Assembly: GCA_964419235.1 (NCBI GenBank)
Contig: CAYQPP010000001.1
Span: 1 to 48,882 of the forward strand
Direction of reading: 5' to 3'
DNA length: 48,882 bases
Source of the DNA: an uncultured Bacteroidales bacterium
GTDB lineage: Bacteria; Bacteroidota; Bacteroidia; Bacteroidales; SZUA-534
Positions 28,901 through 34,208 of the stretch are shown piece after piece (the first letter of the stretch is position 1; each line of letters starts with the position of its first letter). The notes beneath the pieces are model-generated. The model did no database searches and was not told where the DNA came from. It saw only the letters and a list, made by a program, of their open reading frames with translations. The translations under genes were made by a program, and so were the position numbers.

Positions 28901-31485
28901 TAAGTGTAAGCAATGATCTTACTATTTCTACAGGAAGTACCTTAGACGGCTCAACTCATACCATAACCCTTAACGGTGATTGGACAAATAATGGCACATT
29001 TACAAAATCAACAAGCCATGTGAAGTTAGTTGGTTCGGGGTTGCAGAGTATAACAAAATCGACAACCGAGAATTTTTATGATTTAACAGTCAACAATACA
29101 ACATCGGGAACAGCGATTAAGTTGGCAACCGGCATTGATGTTTCACATGTTATTTACCTTACCGATGGAATAGTAGAGACAGGCTCATCATCCATACTGG
29201 AATTGGCATCGGGCTGTTTGGTTAACGATGGCGATTCGGCAAATGCAGGTAGTGCGGCAAGCTTTATTAATGGCCCAATGATTTGGACAGGAAGTAGCGA
29301 TTTTACTTTCCCTGTTGGTAAAGGTAGCGTATTTGCCCGTTTTGGTGTTTCAGGCCTTTCTGGGTCATCTAAATTCAAGTTGGAGTATTTTGATGCAGCA
29401 CCTTCAAACCGGAGCAACTTAACCGTGCCTTTAAATGAGATGAGCACGGCAGAGTATTGGTCGTTGGATAGGATGACAGGTTCAGAAACCCCTATTATTT
29501 CACTTTATTGGGAAGACGAAACACGTAGTGGTACCGAGAAAAACGAAGATGTGGTTGTAGCCCAATATGATGGCAGCAACTGGGTGTCAAAAGGTGGAAA
29601 ACCCGCTACCGATAATGGCGATGGCAAAGGCAGTTGCGTTGCAACAACAACCATAACAACTTTTGGAAATATTACTTTTGGTTTTGAGTATCCAACTGCA
29701 ACGTGGGATGGAAGTGAAAGCTCCGACTGGAACGACCCCGATAACTGGGATAAAATGTATGTGCCAAATAATAAAGTTAATGTGGTAATTCCAAATATAG
29801 CCACCGACCCAACACTTGGTTCGGGTGCCGATGGTAGTGCATACAACATTAAAATTGAGAATGGCGGTGTTTTAACTATCTCAAACGGAATTGATTTAAC
29901 CGTATATGGCGATTTTACAATTGAAACAGGCGGTACGCTTGATATTTCAACTGGTTCGGCATCTACAATAAACATTAATAACAAATGGACCAATAGCGGT
30001 ACATTTAATACAGGTGGTAGCTCAACTATAGCGTACAATAAGGCCGAAGCTCAAGATATAAGTATTGCAGAGTTTGACAATCTTATTATTGCAGGCTCGG
30101 GAATAAAAACCCTTAAAAATAGTATTACGGTTAATAAAAATATTACAATACAAAGCACCCTAAAAGCAGGGGCATTTAATATTGATATAGCCGGAGACTG
30201 GAGCAATACAGGAACGTTTGACAGAGGTACGGGTACTGTCGAGTTTAATGGTGATGTTCAACAAACAATTACAAAAGGTGGCGATGGCGAGTCGTTCTAT
30301 AATTTGCGAATTATTAACTCATTTGGCACAAGCCCGCAAATTGTCCTTGCAGGTAAAGTAACAGTTGCATCATCGTTATATTTTGAGGATGGTAATATAC
30401 AAACTACATCAACCAATCTTTTAACAATGCGTTCAGGTTCATCAATATCACAATATACCGACTCAACCTATGTAATTGGGCCAATGAGAAAATATGGCGC
30501 AAGCGGAAATAATTTTGTTTTTCCGGTAGGAAAAGATACTGTTTATGCACGTATTGGTTTGCTTGAATTTTCGGGAGATGAGATATTTACTGCTGAGTAT
30601 TTTAATTCTGCAGGAAGCGATTTGAGTAATAGGGTTGCCGCACTTTTATATATTAGCAGTGTTGAGTATTGGAATGTTACCCGTGATGGCTCAAAAACAG
30701 CAAAAGTTCAGTTGTTTTATGAAGATTCGGCACGCAGCGACATACATAAACCTGCTGATTTGCTTGTTGCCCACTATTACGGAGGGCAATGGATAAATGA
30801 GGGCAATACCGCAAATAGCGGAACGCCTGAATTAACAGGCTGGGTAACCTCTGGTGTGTTTTCAGGGTTTAGCCCAATTACATTTGGCTCAAGCAGCAAT
30901 GAAAATCCGCTACCAATCGAGATGGTTGAATTTAGCGCACATGTGGTTGATAATCAGGTTGTGTTAGATTGGAAAACAGCATCTGAAAACAGAAACAGCC
31001 ATTTTACCATTGAACGCTCTCTCGATGGAGAAACAGTTGAGAATATTGGTATAGTAACAGGTGCGGGTAATAGCAGCGAAACTATAAAATACAGTTTTGT
31101 TGATAAAAACCCGTTAACCGGAACATCATATTATCGTCTGGTACAAACCGATTATAACGGAAAAGAGCAGTCTTATGAATGGGAATCGGTGTTTTATTCG
31201 CGTTACAACGGGCTTACAAAACCATTTGAAATTGAAATTTATCCAAATCCGGCTTTACAGTCTGAAATATCAATAGAATTGACCGTAGAGAATCCGGGTA
31301 AATTTGATATTGAGATATATAGTGTTATCGGAGAGAAACTGTTTACTGAAAATATTGATATTGAAAATAGAAATCAAGTTTATCAACTAAAGCTTAATAA
31401 ACTGTCTGATTTGCCACAAGGGATTTATATGTTGAATGTTTCCGGAAACAGTTACAGGCAGCAAATGAGGTTTGTTATTAAATAA
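16918..31485 (+). CDS. Giant (4855 aa) secreted repeat protein with a signal peptide, beta-solenoid-like arrays and a T9SS C-terminal sorting domain (putative cell-surface adhesin). An alternative start is at 16939.
   Basis: There is one uninterrupted 14.6-kb ORF. The N-terminal signal is KRKTRILKVVMLFVLFFSATSLFA. About 25 or more units of the type GGNW-N-GTF...GTV-F-G...Q-I....F-NL-I-G-G-K-L are present. The composition is rich in N, T and G. The terminal ~80 aa (IEIYPNPALQSE...GIYMLNVSGNSYRQQMRFVIK) matches the T9SS type-A CTD pattern. Confidence 0.9.
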   Translation: MNFKYCIMNFYKRKTRILKVVMLFVLFFSATSLFAIDYYSKGSANFTVASNWNTASNGSGTDASGLTFYKDASNKFIIQDGHTITINDSINCLGITVGGGTSGTLTFGNDATAHWVIVQGTFTVASGATVNVGAFGATHNMQIEGTLTNNGTINLRNNSSQVVNTILDGTFSITGNTPNFNNLTIKTGTITASVALNIDGTLTIETGATFAAGALTHTVAGNWTENGSGAMTSTGTIEMDATLVQSITTTAVFNNITFKNGGIASIGDNITVNGNFVIEGNTKVTTSSTITANGDFTVNAGSKYEATDGYLYFFGTDAQTITVTDDCEFDRVYFQNTDDDGDLKTIVGNMVMDDYCYVYANADVAAASTITFKNGFNLGGTWNFTGTVYLNGGTFRDDISGDNKFSMGTAEIIVDGYSYIMAGDTMVVDNDFTINSGYLVINDTAMLQGTGADDILLVKDNTTLYIRGPQSFPTGFGTYTFEDLSTTRYDGVMDQTIEGGINYGRLFLRYGTKTANGSLDIDDYLYLYGSNAASDTVTLNLGSYNHTLEGHIYNYNSINSITCSGGTFTLDGPDENQYINAAGVAGASYTFNNLTITNSAPTAIRTKRIQSDITLTGNFSVTNAGSSANYLILEIFDNEITNSGAGQTFSVGANVRVYTNGADNFDNIATNFTLTLNNSSTIRFNGNGVAQKIPAGHYGTIELWGNGNKTAQGNLNIDGEVKSMGYSPVLVDDGNDFTVAGNWELAIAYTNMTGSTTFDGADQTVSASTFGNVIFGGSGTKYIDGTLDVVDNVTINNDITVNADNRYIYLGGNWNNSGTGTFSQTNGRTVFDGTNVNQTISVNTSNMFGDIYINKTGASKTLTANSNIDVKRNFIFTQDNGDFDLNGNTLNIGGDWYIYTGCTFTHNNGKLVFNGDSEDQLIRNYNSSTEYYDIEFKNSGIKRLYENDFDFNGDVFINSATLYGYGHTLNVAGDWTNTGSFESSGVVIFDGAAQTIGSSSFHDLDIDGTGVKTLGGNISCSGWLKIEQGDTLDVSATNYSISVEEHWYNNEGDGSGYFECRNGTVNFVGGYSNIETGGIGAGKQFYNLNVNNSSSYTRLYPTSSNNLKVLRNFTLNSESSSRFYTYYNDVYIGGSLINNGAYYYQNSDATHNKIVFDGPSGTHEINFGDLYVVQDTIVIDGGATVTYKLTGDLVYSQGGNMRIANGKFNLNHQTLEMNTGEVIIQNGGTLEIDSVAVLKINNGDTLKNYGGIFKIVGGRGAPATLTSRTGNFEYLQTGSSSEFHAKYYLISNTQGNGIEIQDGSIDATNNLSYGTFTGGAGTAYLTISGVNLGAGLTSTEVGFNNGPTYNAQRTSGTGVITFSNATGTFAGADHENDVGNLINWTNPGRITWDGDAGTTNWNDANNWNPNGVPTSSDNVYLDNSTVAGAYSVVISTANDSANRVDIAGSSAITLSLNGGDLTILDNLTINSGNTLEQINAADTLRVGGNFSNQGTYNPHSVGTIKFNPTGGYHTINSGSSFYNFIIACDTISTSVVLGANIDIDNNISILSGTLSASNKRITVGGNWEVNGGTFDSGTGRVTFDKSSGGNQTISGGSFYDLYTSNAATKQITKNIEISRYFIINSGSNVDGGEKFIYIGGRFNNYEGKNGFTQTGDGTVIFNGTGGSYLQNAAHDSTIFNNLTFQGNGTKYVYDTIVVKGNLINQQGSNTYLFEDSYITGEGGSNTFTMTGGTLYVRGENNFPDNFETISITEGYVDYYSDTNQFIYPTTYYNLRLRAIHPDDNDNVNTKTVLADFTVTNYCVVYDSLTTFDMNNHTLTIGGYLDFRFAETPQINWGTGSVIFNGGGVGIDPYIHIFNNFTKSGTGWVTLYDTIQVNGNMTFESGTNLNMRTHKITCGSSGKIFSIGDNSRIYTYVLSNNNALTDNPGIPTGFDTYVLHPKSFVWYRGLGKQTIYTNGGTIDYGNLNIYTNTTDTLSLDGNLDVNGNFRMYYNNPVLIDSGYNINLSGSFIDLRNYHPSNTITLDGTTQTLVNYAGNDTLKFNNLVLNGSTGQKTFNETVTQVKGNLTVGANDTMYVVYDMEFSGGSFTNNGYFRHIRNTVIVNGDAQTIDPGAKNDFYGVLFTNGNTKTFSNHGINVGNGTFRIQDTTEVDLGALTHTFSSVNIEFEDVTVDSLHATNAVVNFDRNGTQYIPKMVASGLSFSTGGWKILTDTVWVGDVTINGGAYFRPGDVSPNAFPMYVHGNWSNSGYFRSHEGTVYFESYDTNPKTIKSNGYSFYNVMFNQDSTHTRTYTLTDDAVFTEDLTIGNGATLDLNGKNLQLGNNDAGEPAGEQHIIQNGGVLDVDAGANLLIDCYDDTASVVVQSGGVLSVIGAEGNHATVTRASNRYAYDITIESGATIKAKYYHFQYLADSGLYVKSGATVDATNNFSYGIWSNIYTGTNHGVQRYLFIDTDISAINNITDVTFNHGGTPTVGTHYNIKRGANAVGTITFDGTISGLLGGEIYEDEGDGSTTNPGSIVWPPVTSVTWTGATNTDWFTASNWSPSQVPDLTKDAVVPIVTNNPIINTTDTAKCKSLNVTDGILVVDAGIVEINTDLTLGSGSILGIGDSHATLIVGRDWNSASDANFLNGDDTVKFESTTTTAFITPRNVTFKNVLFNGTSTFFIEGTSIDIDGEFKIVNGTVYPNNAGYVYSIGGNYNNAGGTFSTETRGTVEFDGAAQTITNGTFSQLAISGTGTKTTSGNLNCTYYYGNETYRALTVNSTLTAGSSFNIDGNVYIASGGTFNDGGETHNFSGRYWNGEGSYSGTGKIIFDGGTQTIQASSFNSIQLNNETSETNNWKYLGGDVDLTGDLTVNCYGFVCYDYQITNTDGSGTFTMSQMESPYNRIYIRGANNYPTGFSSYVADKMSYQIYDGTMDQTIKGKALGSDPVVQYGYLYLNSATTKTLSGDIDVNGRLYFYNEDVILDVSTNNYRINLAGNWYNQYTGSFICRQGEVIMDGSLSWPGTNQWIYLGTSGTNDFYKLTINSTSDYMRIYNTDITVSSNLNVIEGMLYLYNNFTVTVNGDITASGNGKFYQTGTYKLAKSSGTANIQMNGSTLNNLTIDAGATYTLLDDISINGTFNLAAGTFNGNGNMFNMGNYTDAANISGTYKIGAGGSLRLGNQNSFNVLSGGVIEVIGSEGDVATVTNQGGTGRYNFSVESGATIKAKNYLFEYMTSSGIYLKNGCTIDTDNKFNSGTFTNPASGGTCLRVENTQDFTGATRIENVAFPINPGNGTYNVTKTSTITGTLEFYNATGPLSGEYYDNDPGSNIDWTGPVTLTWTGDIDEDWFDKRNWDASNKVQKIPTSTDDVIIAQSLNPPKISQDSAQSKNLTIENGAFLTLDTPTGDNDTALIVSGNFTNEGTFTMTNTTDTLVVHGNWEKKTAAIFNQGNGTVVLKVTSGTKSLINGDASFNNLVIDAVGTLELNSDTYIGNDFKILSGTLDAADNNYDLYIGGSFLNSGTFNSRSGKITFNGTTAGTETVNTGSSDLYNVEVDAGAGTTYQLSTDITVNGNFDVSGGTFDFNGNTLEFGDGTGSDVLTVDGGTLFVDENAFLEMGNSASIVVNSGGTFKAIGVDDDNVATITSQATTNYSFTINSGGELQAKYYDVSYIGSTGIWLKSGATLNSTYNLSNGTFSNGVSGGRYLLFENALTVGANDTIRDMIFNSGASINAKRVTGTNAVVFKDAFGLRGSYYYEEDEEASPAAHTGLVRWFYTDPTLTWTGNDHAINVRWDNTNNWDDGSGGGGVPTYNTNVFIPDVTYDPVLSAGTDDSVKNITIYSGGHLTIGGGMDLIVQNNVSGEGTLTISNSSASTIEVGDNWDNLGTFVHGGASTIKFVKSSGTININPGSNAFYNLEFNSGGNGSGSATFRTSASFNIDGNLTIAGNTTFEVTSASHNINIGGNYTNNGTFDGDGATITFDGSGNQSLTSSATEIFTNIVFAGGSGTKTLNCNISVSNDLTISTGSTLDGSTHTITLNGDWTNNGTFTKSTSHVKLVGSGLQSITKSTTENFYDLTVNNTTSGTAIKLATGIDVSHVIYLTDGIVETGSSSILELASGCLVNDGDSANAGSAASFINGPMIWTGSSDFTFPVGKGSVFARFGVSGLSGSSKFKLEYFDAAPSNRSNLTVPLNEMSTAEYWSLDRMTGSETPIISLYWEDETRSGTEKNEDVVVAQYDGSNWVSKGGKPATDNGDGKGSCVATTTITTFGNITFGFEYPTATWDGSESSDWNDPDNWDKMYVPNNKVNVVIPNIATDPTLGSGADGSAYNIKIENGGVLTISNGIDLTVYGDFTIETGGTLDISTGSASTININNKWTNSGTFNTGGSSTIAYNKAEAQDISIAEFDNLIIAGSGIKTLKNSITVNKNITIQSTLKAGAFNIDIAGDWSNTGTFDRGTGTVEFNGDVQQTITKGGDGESFYNLRIINSFGTSPQIVLAGKVTVASSLYFEDGNIQTTSTNLLTMRSGSSISQYTDSTYVIGPMRKYGASGNNFVFPVGKDTVYARIGLLEFSGDEIFTAEYFNSAGSDLSNRVAALLYISSVEYWNVTRDGSKTAKVQLFYEDSARSDIHKPADLLVAHYYGGQWINEGNTANSGTPELTGWVTSGVFSGFSPITFGSSSNENPLPIEMVEFSAHVVDNQVVLDWKTASENRNSHFTIERSLDGETVENIGIVTGAGNSSETIKYSFVDKNPLTGTSYYRLVQTDYNGKEQSYEWESVFYSRYNGLTKPFEIEIYPNPALQSEISIELTVENPGKFDIEIYSVIGEKLFTENIDIENRNQVYQLKLNKLSDLPQGIYMLNVSGNSYRQQMRFVIK

Positions 31486-31550
31486 GTAATTTATAGCTAA
31501 CTGAATGAGATTAAAACCTGTTAGGCCTTTAAAAATTTAATCAAAAAATT

Positions 31551-31571
31551 CCTCGAGGCTTTGCCTCGGGG
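31551..31571 (+). terminator. GC-rich hairpin 66 nt after the giant-gene stop (candidate terminator or 3' end-protecting stem)
   Basis: CCTCGAGGC-ttt-GCCTCGGGG forms a 9-bp stem (one G:U) with a UUU loop. Only two T residues follow, so it is not a canonical intrinsic terminator. Confidence 0.4.
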
Positions 31572-31890
31572 TTCCATATTCTCCCCTAATTTTTAGAGGA
31601 GATATCAACCAGAAATTGCTGGTTGATAGAGGGGTAAACATATTCAATTTATAAGCAACCTCCGCTTGTTTGCCTAAAATTTGAAAACTTGAGGCTGAAA
31701 GCCTCTAAAACATTAGTACAGGGCAACGCCCTGTGTTTAATGTGGTTTTGTGAAACTCAGCCCTGTAAGGGCGGAAGAGTTGATTGGGTAAGTATGCGGA
31801 TAAGTATTTAAAAGAATATTGTTTAGTATAATTGTTTGTGGTTTAAGAAAGATTTATTAAACATAATTATATTAATTACCCACTAAATTC

Positions 31891-32973
31891 GTGGTAGAGA
31901 ACCTAAATTATAAAAAAGTGAAAAAAAGAATACTAATCTGGGGATACCTTGCATCGTTTACCCTGCTTTTGGGGGCAATATTCCTCAACCATAATTTTGT
32001 GGCAGGCAAGGTGCTTTACCTTACAGGTTTTTTTGCTTTTAATATTGGATATTTGATACCCCTATTTTTGGTAATATTTAAAAACAACCAAGAGAACAAA
32101 ATAGGGCTTGTACTTATTTTTGGCATTTTAGGCTTTATAATATTTTTAACAGGAGTCTCTTTCTTTGTTGTTAATTGGGGTGGTGGTATTATCTTGATTT
32201 ATGTCGGTGCAGGGGTGCTCATATTGGCAATACTAACCATCATCCTTTTATCAAGACGTTTTTACGAAACTCATATCGACTCATGGTTTCCGGTACTTAT
32301 TTTTGGTGTTTTTATTGTCGGCAGCCTTTTAATAGGTATGGTGCACAGGCATGTAATGCGTGCATTTGCAATTCGTAATATCGAATCGGTTGAGCTGTAC
32401 CACTCAATAAACGAAAAAAACAGTGCATTATATAACGAGTTGATAAAACACGATACGGTAAATGCTAATACCGACACACTTATACAAATATTAAACAGTT
32501 TTAAAACCTCAACAGAGCTGGTTATTAACCATATTGAACAATTAAAAGTTGACCTTGTGAAAAAGGTTGAGGGTGACACTTATAAAATGTTTGATGGCAA
32601 AATGTTATCAAATTTAGTGCCTGTGCAGTCAAATGTCGAAATTAATACCGTATCTCGGTATATGCTGCGCAAAAAAAAAGGTAAAGCATACGAGCTTAAA
32701 AAACAACTTGAAAATTACCAAAACCTTGCTTTAAAATTAATACCTAAAAACGATTCAATATTAATTAAAATAATATTGTTGAATTTAAAACCAATACCGT
32801 TTAATTTAAACAACCGGCGTTTTAATAAAAATTGGGAATACAGGCACTTTTATAACCTGCCACTAATTACAGTATTAAGCGAGCTGTCGTATATTCAAAT
32901 GAGGATTGCCATAATTGAAGGCGAAATATTGAACCATTATTATAAAAAATATAATAATATTTCTACGTATTGA
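31891..32973 (+). CDS. Polytopic membrane protein (about 5 TM helices) with a C-terminal extracytoplasmic helical domain, possibly GldM/PorM N-terminal-like. It has a GTG start (alternative GTG at 31918).
   Basis: The first ~150 aa contain five hydrophobic segments after a K-rich N-terminus. The C-terminal ~200 aa are helical and polar, with the segments KGKAYELKKQLENYQNLALKLI and NWEYRHFYNLPLITVLSELSYIQMRIAIIEGEIL. Confidence 0.55.
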   Translation: MVENLNYKKVKKRILIWGYLASFTLLLGAIFLNHNFVAGKVLYLTGFFAFNIGYLIPLFLVIFKNNQENKIGLVLIFGILGFIIFLTGVSFFVVNWGGGIILIYVGAGVLILAILTIILLSRRFYETHIDSWFPVLIFGVFIVGSLLIGMVHRHVMRAFAIRNIESVELYHSINEKNSALYNELIKHDTVNANTDTLIQILNSFKTSTELVINHIEQLKVDLVKKVEGDTYKMFDGKMLSNLVPVQSNVEINTVSRYMLRKKKGKAYELKKQLENYQNLALKLIPKNDSILIKIILLNLKPIPFNLNNRRFNKNWEYRHFYNLPLITVLSELSYIQMRIAIIEGEILNHYYKKYNNISTY

Positions 32974-33066
32974 TTTGTTACTAATAAAAAAAAAATTAAT
33001 TTTGCACTCCGAATTTATGTTTGGAACAAAAGAAATTGATACGTAACAATATAACAAGTAGTAATT

Positions 33067-33231
33067 ATGGCAATGAAAAGAACATATCAGCCTTCGCGCA
33101 GAAAAAGAAAGAACAAGCATGGCTTCCGTGAAAGAATGTCAAGCAAGGCCGGACGAAAAGTATTATCGAGAAGAAGGGCAAAAGGCAGAAAAAAGCTCTC
33201 AGTATCTGATGAAAGACGTCATAAAATGTAA
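33067..33231 (+). CDS. rpmH: 50S ribosomal protein L34 (not in the supplied ORF track; 54 aa, or 52 aa from the ATG at 33073)
   Basis: My own translation gives [54 protein letters not shown]-stop. This is the canonical L34 MKRTYQPS...HGFR sequence. A TATGTTTG -7-like box lies at 33016-33023. Confidence 0.95.
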   Translation: MAMKRTYQPSRRKRKNKHGFRERMSSKAGRKVLSRRRAKGRKKLSVSDERRHKM

Positions 33232-33253
33232 ATAATTGATTTAGTCAATATAC

Positions 33254-33289
33254 AAAAAAGAGCATTGGGTTTACCTATGCTCTTTTTTT
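33254..33289 (+). terminator. Intrinsic terminator after rpmH
   Basis: AAAAAAGAGCAT-tgggtttacct-ATGCTCTTTTTT forms a stem followed by a T run, 23 nt after the stop. Confidence 0.7.
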
Positions 33290-33387
33290 GTTTATTAAAT
33301 TATTATTTTTATGGCTGTTTAATAATTTTCGTTGTGTTTTTAATATGTTTGTACTTTGATGTTTTTTTAACCAATAACAACTAAAAT

Positions 33388-34206
33388 ATGGGTTTACTAA
33401 ACTTGTTTACACGAAAAGAATTCTGGAAGATTCTAATGTACGGATTGATATTTTATCTGTTGTTATTTATATTGGTTTTAATAGGCTTGCGCATTTACAC
33501 CTATCACGGCAAATCATTCCCAATACCCGATTTTAAAGGGCTTAAATTAGACAGGGTGCAAGAACTTGCAGATTCGAGAGACTTAATAGTTCATATTAAC
33601 GATTCAACATACATACCGTATTTGCCAAAAGGTAGCGTAATCGACCAGTACCCACGTCCCGGCGTTAATGTAAAAAAGAATAGGACAATATTTATAACCA
33701 TAAATGCGTTTAACCAAGTAGAGGTAAAAATGCCCAATGTGGTAGGTGTGTCGTACCGGCAGGGTAAAACAACCTTAGAGAGCAGGGGGCTGAAAGTAGG
33801 TAGGCTTATTTACGAACCTGATTTTGCAAAAAACAATATTCTAAGGCAGATGTACAATGGTAAAGTTATTAAACCCGGTGATATGATTGAAAAAGGTCAA
33901 TATATTGATTTAGCTTTGGGTAATGGGCTGGGACGTAGCACATCACTTGTGCCCGAGCTAAATAAATTGCCATATATTAGGGCTGTAAATGAAATTAACG
34001 ATGTATATTTTAATGTTGGGGTAGTAACTTTTGACACATCTGTCCACAATTATAACGACACCTTAAATGCACTTGTCTGGAAACAGCGCCCGGCCTATTC
34101 AAAAACATCGCGAAGTGCAATGGGTTCCAAAATTGACATATGGCTAACCGTAAACCCCAATAAGTTTCCAAAACCTAACACTACTAATACGGAAATAACA
34201 AATTAA
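33388..34206 (+). CDS. PASTA domain-containing membrane protein
   Basis: It has an N-terminal TM segment (ILMYGLIFYLLLFILVLIGL). Repeated PASTA-like units follow (IPDFKGLKLDRVQELADSRDL...GSVIDQYPRPGVNVKKNRTIFITI; MPNVVGVSYRQGKTTLESRGLKVG). Confidence 0.8.
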   Translation: MGLLNLFTRKEFWKILMYGLIFYLLLFILVLIGLRIYTYHGKSFPIPDFKGLKLDRVQELADSRDLIVHINDSTYIPYLPKGSVIDQYPRPGVNVKKNRTIFITINAFNQVEVKMPNVVGVSYRQGKTTLESRGLKVGRLIYEPDFAKNNILRQMYNGKVIKPGDMIEKGQYIDLALGNGLGRSTSLVPELNKLPYIRAVNEINDVYFNVGVVTFDTSVHNYNDTLNALVWKQRPAYSKTSRSAMGSKIDIWLTVNPNKFPKPNTTNTEITN

Positions 34207-34208
34207 TA

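Noticed and set aside
17151-30038. Many antisense or off-frame ORFs inside the giant gene (for example 27387-27812 at 141 aa, 29505-30038 at 177 aa, 24555-24866, 26826-27149).
   Set aside because: All lie wholly inside the 14.6-kb ORF. Their translations are low-complexity mirror images (P/S/V/L-rich) of the N/T/G-rich sense repeats. They have no independent start context or motifs, so they are shadow ORFs created by the biased codon composition.
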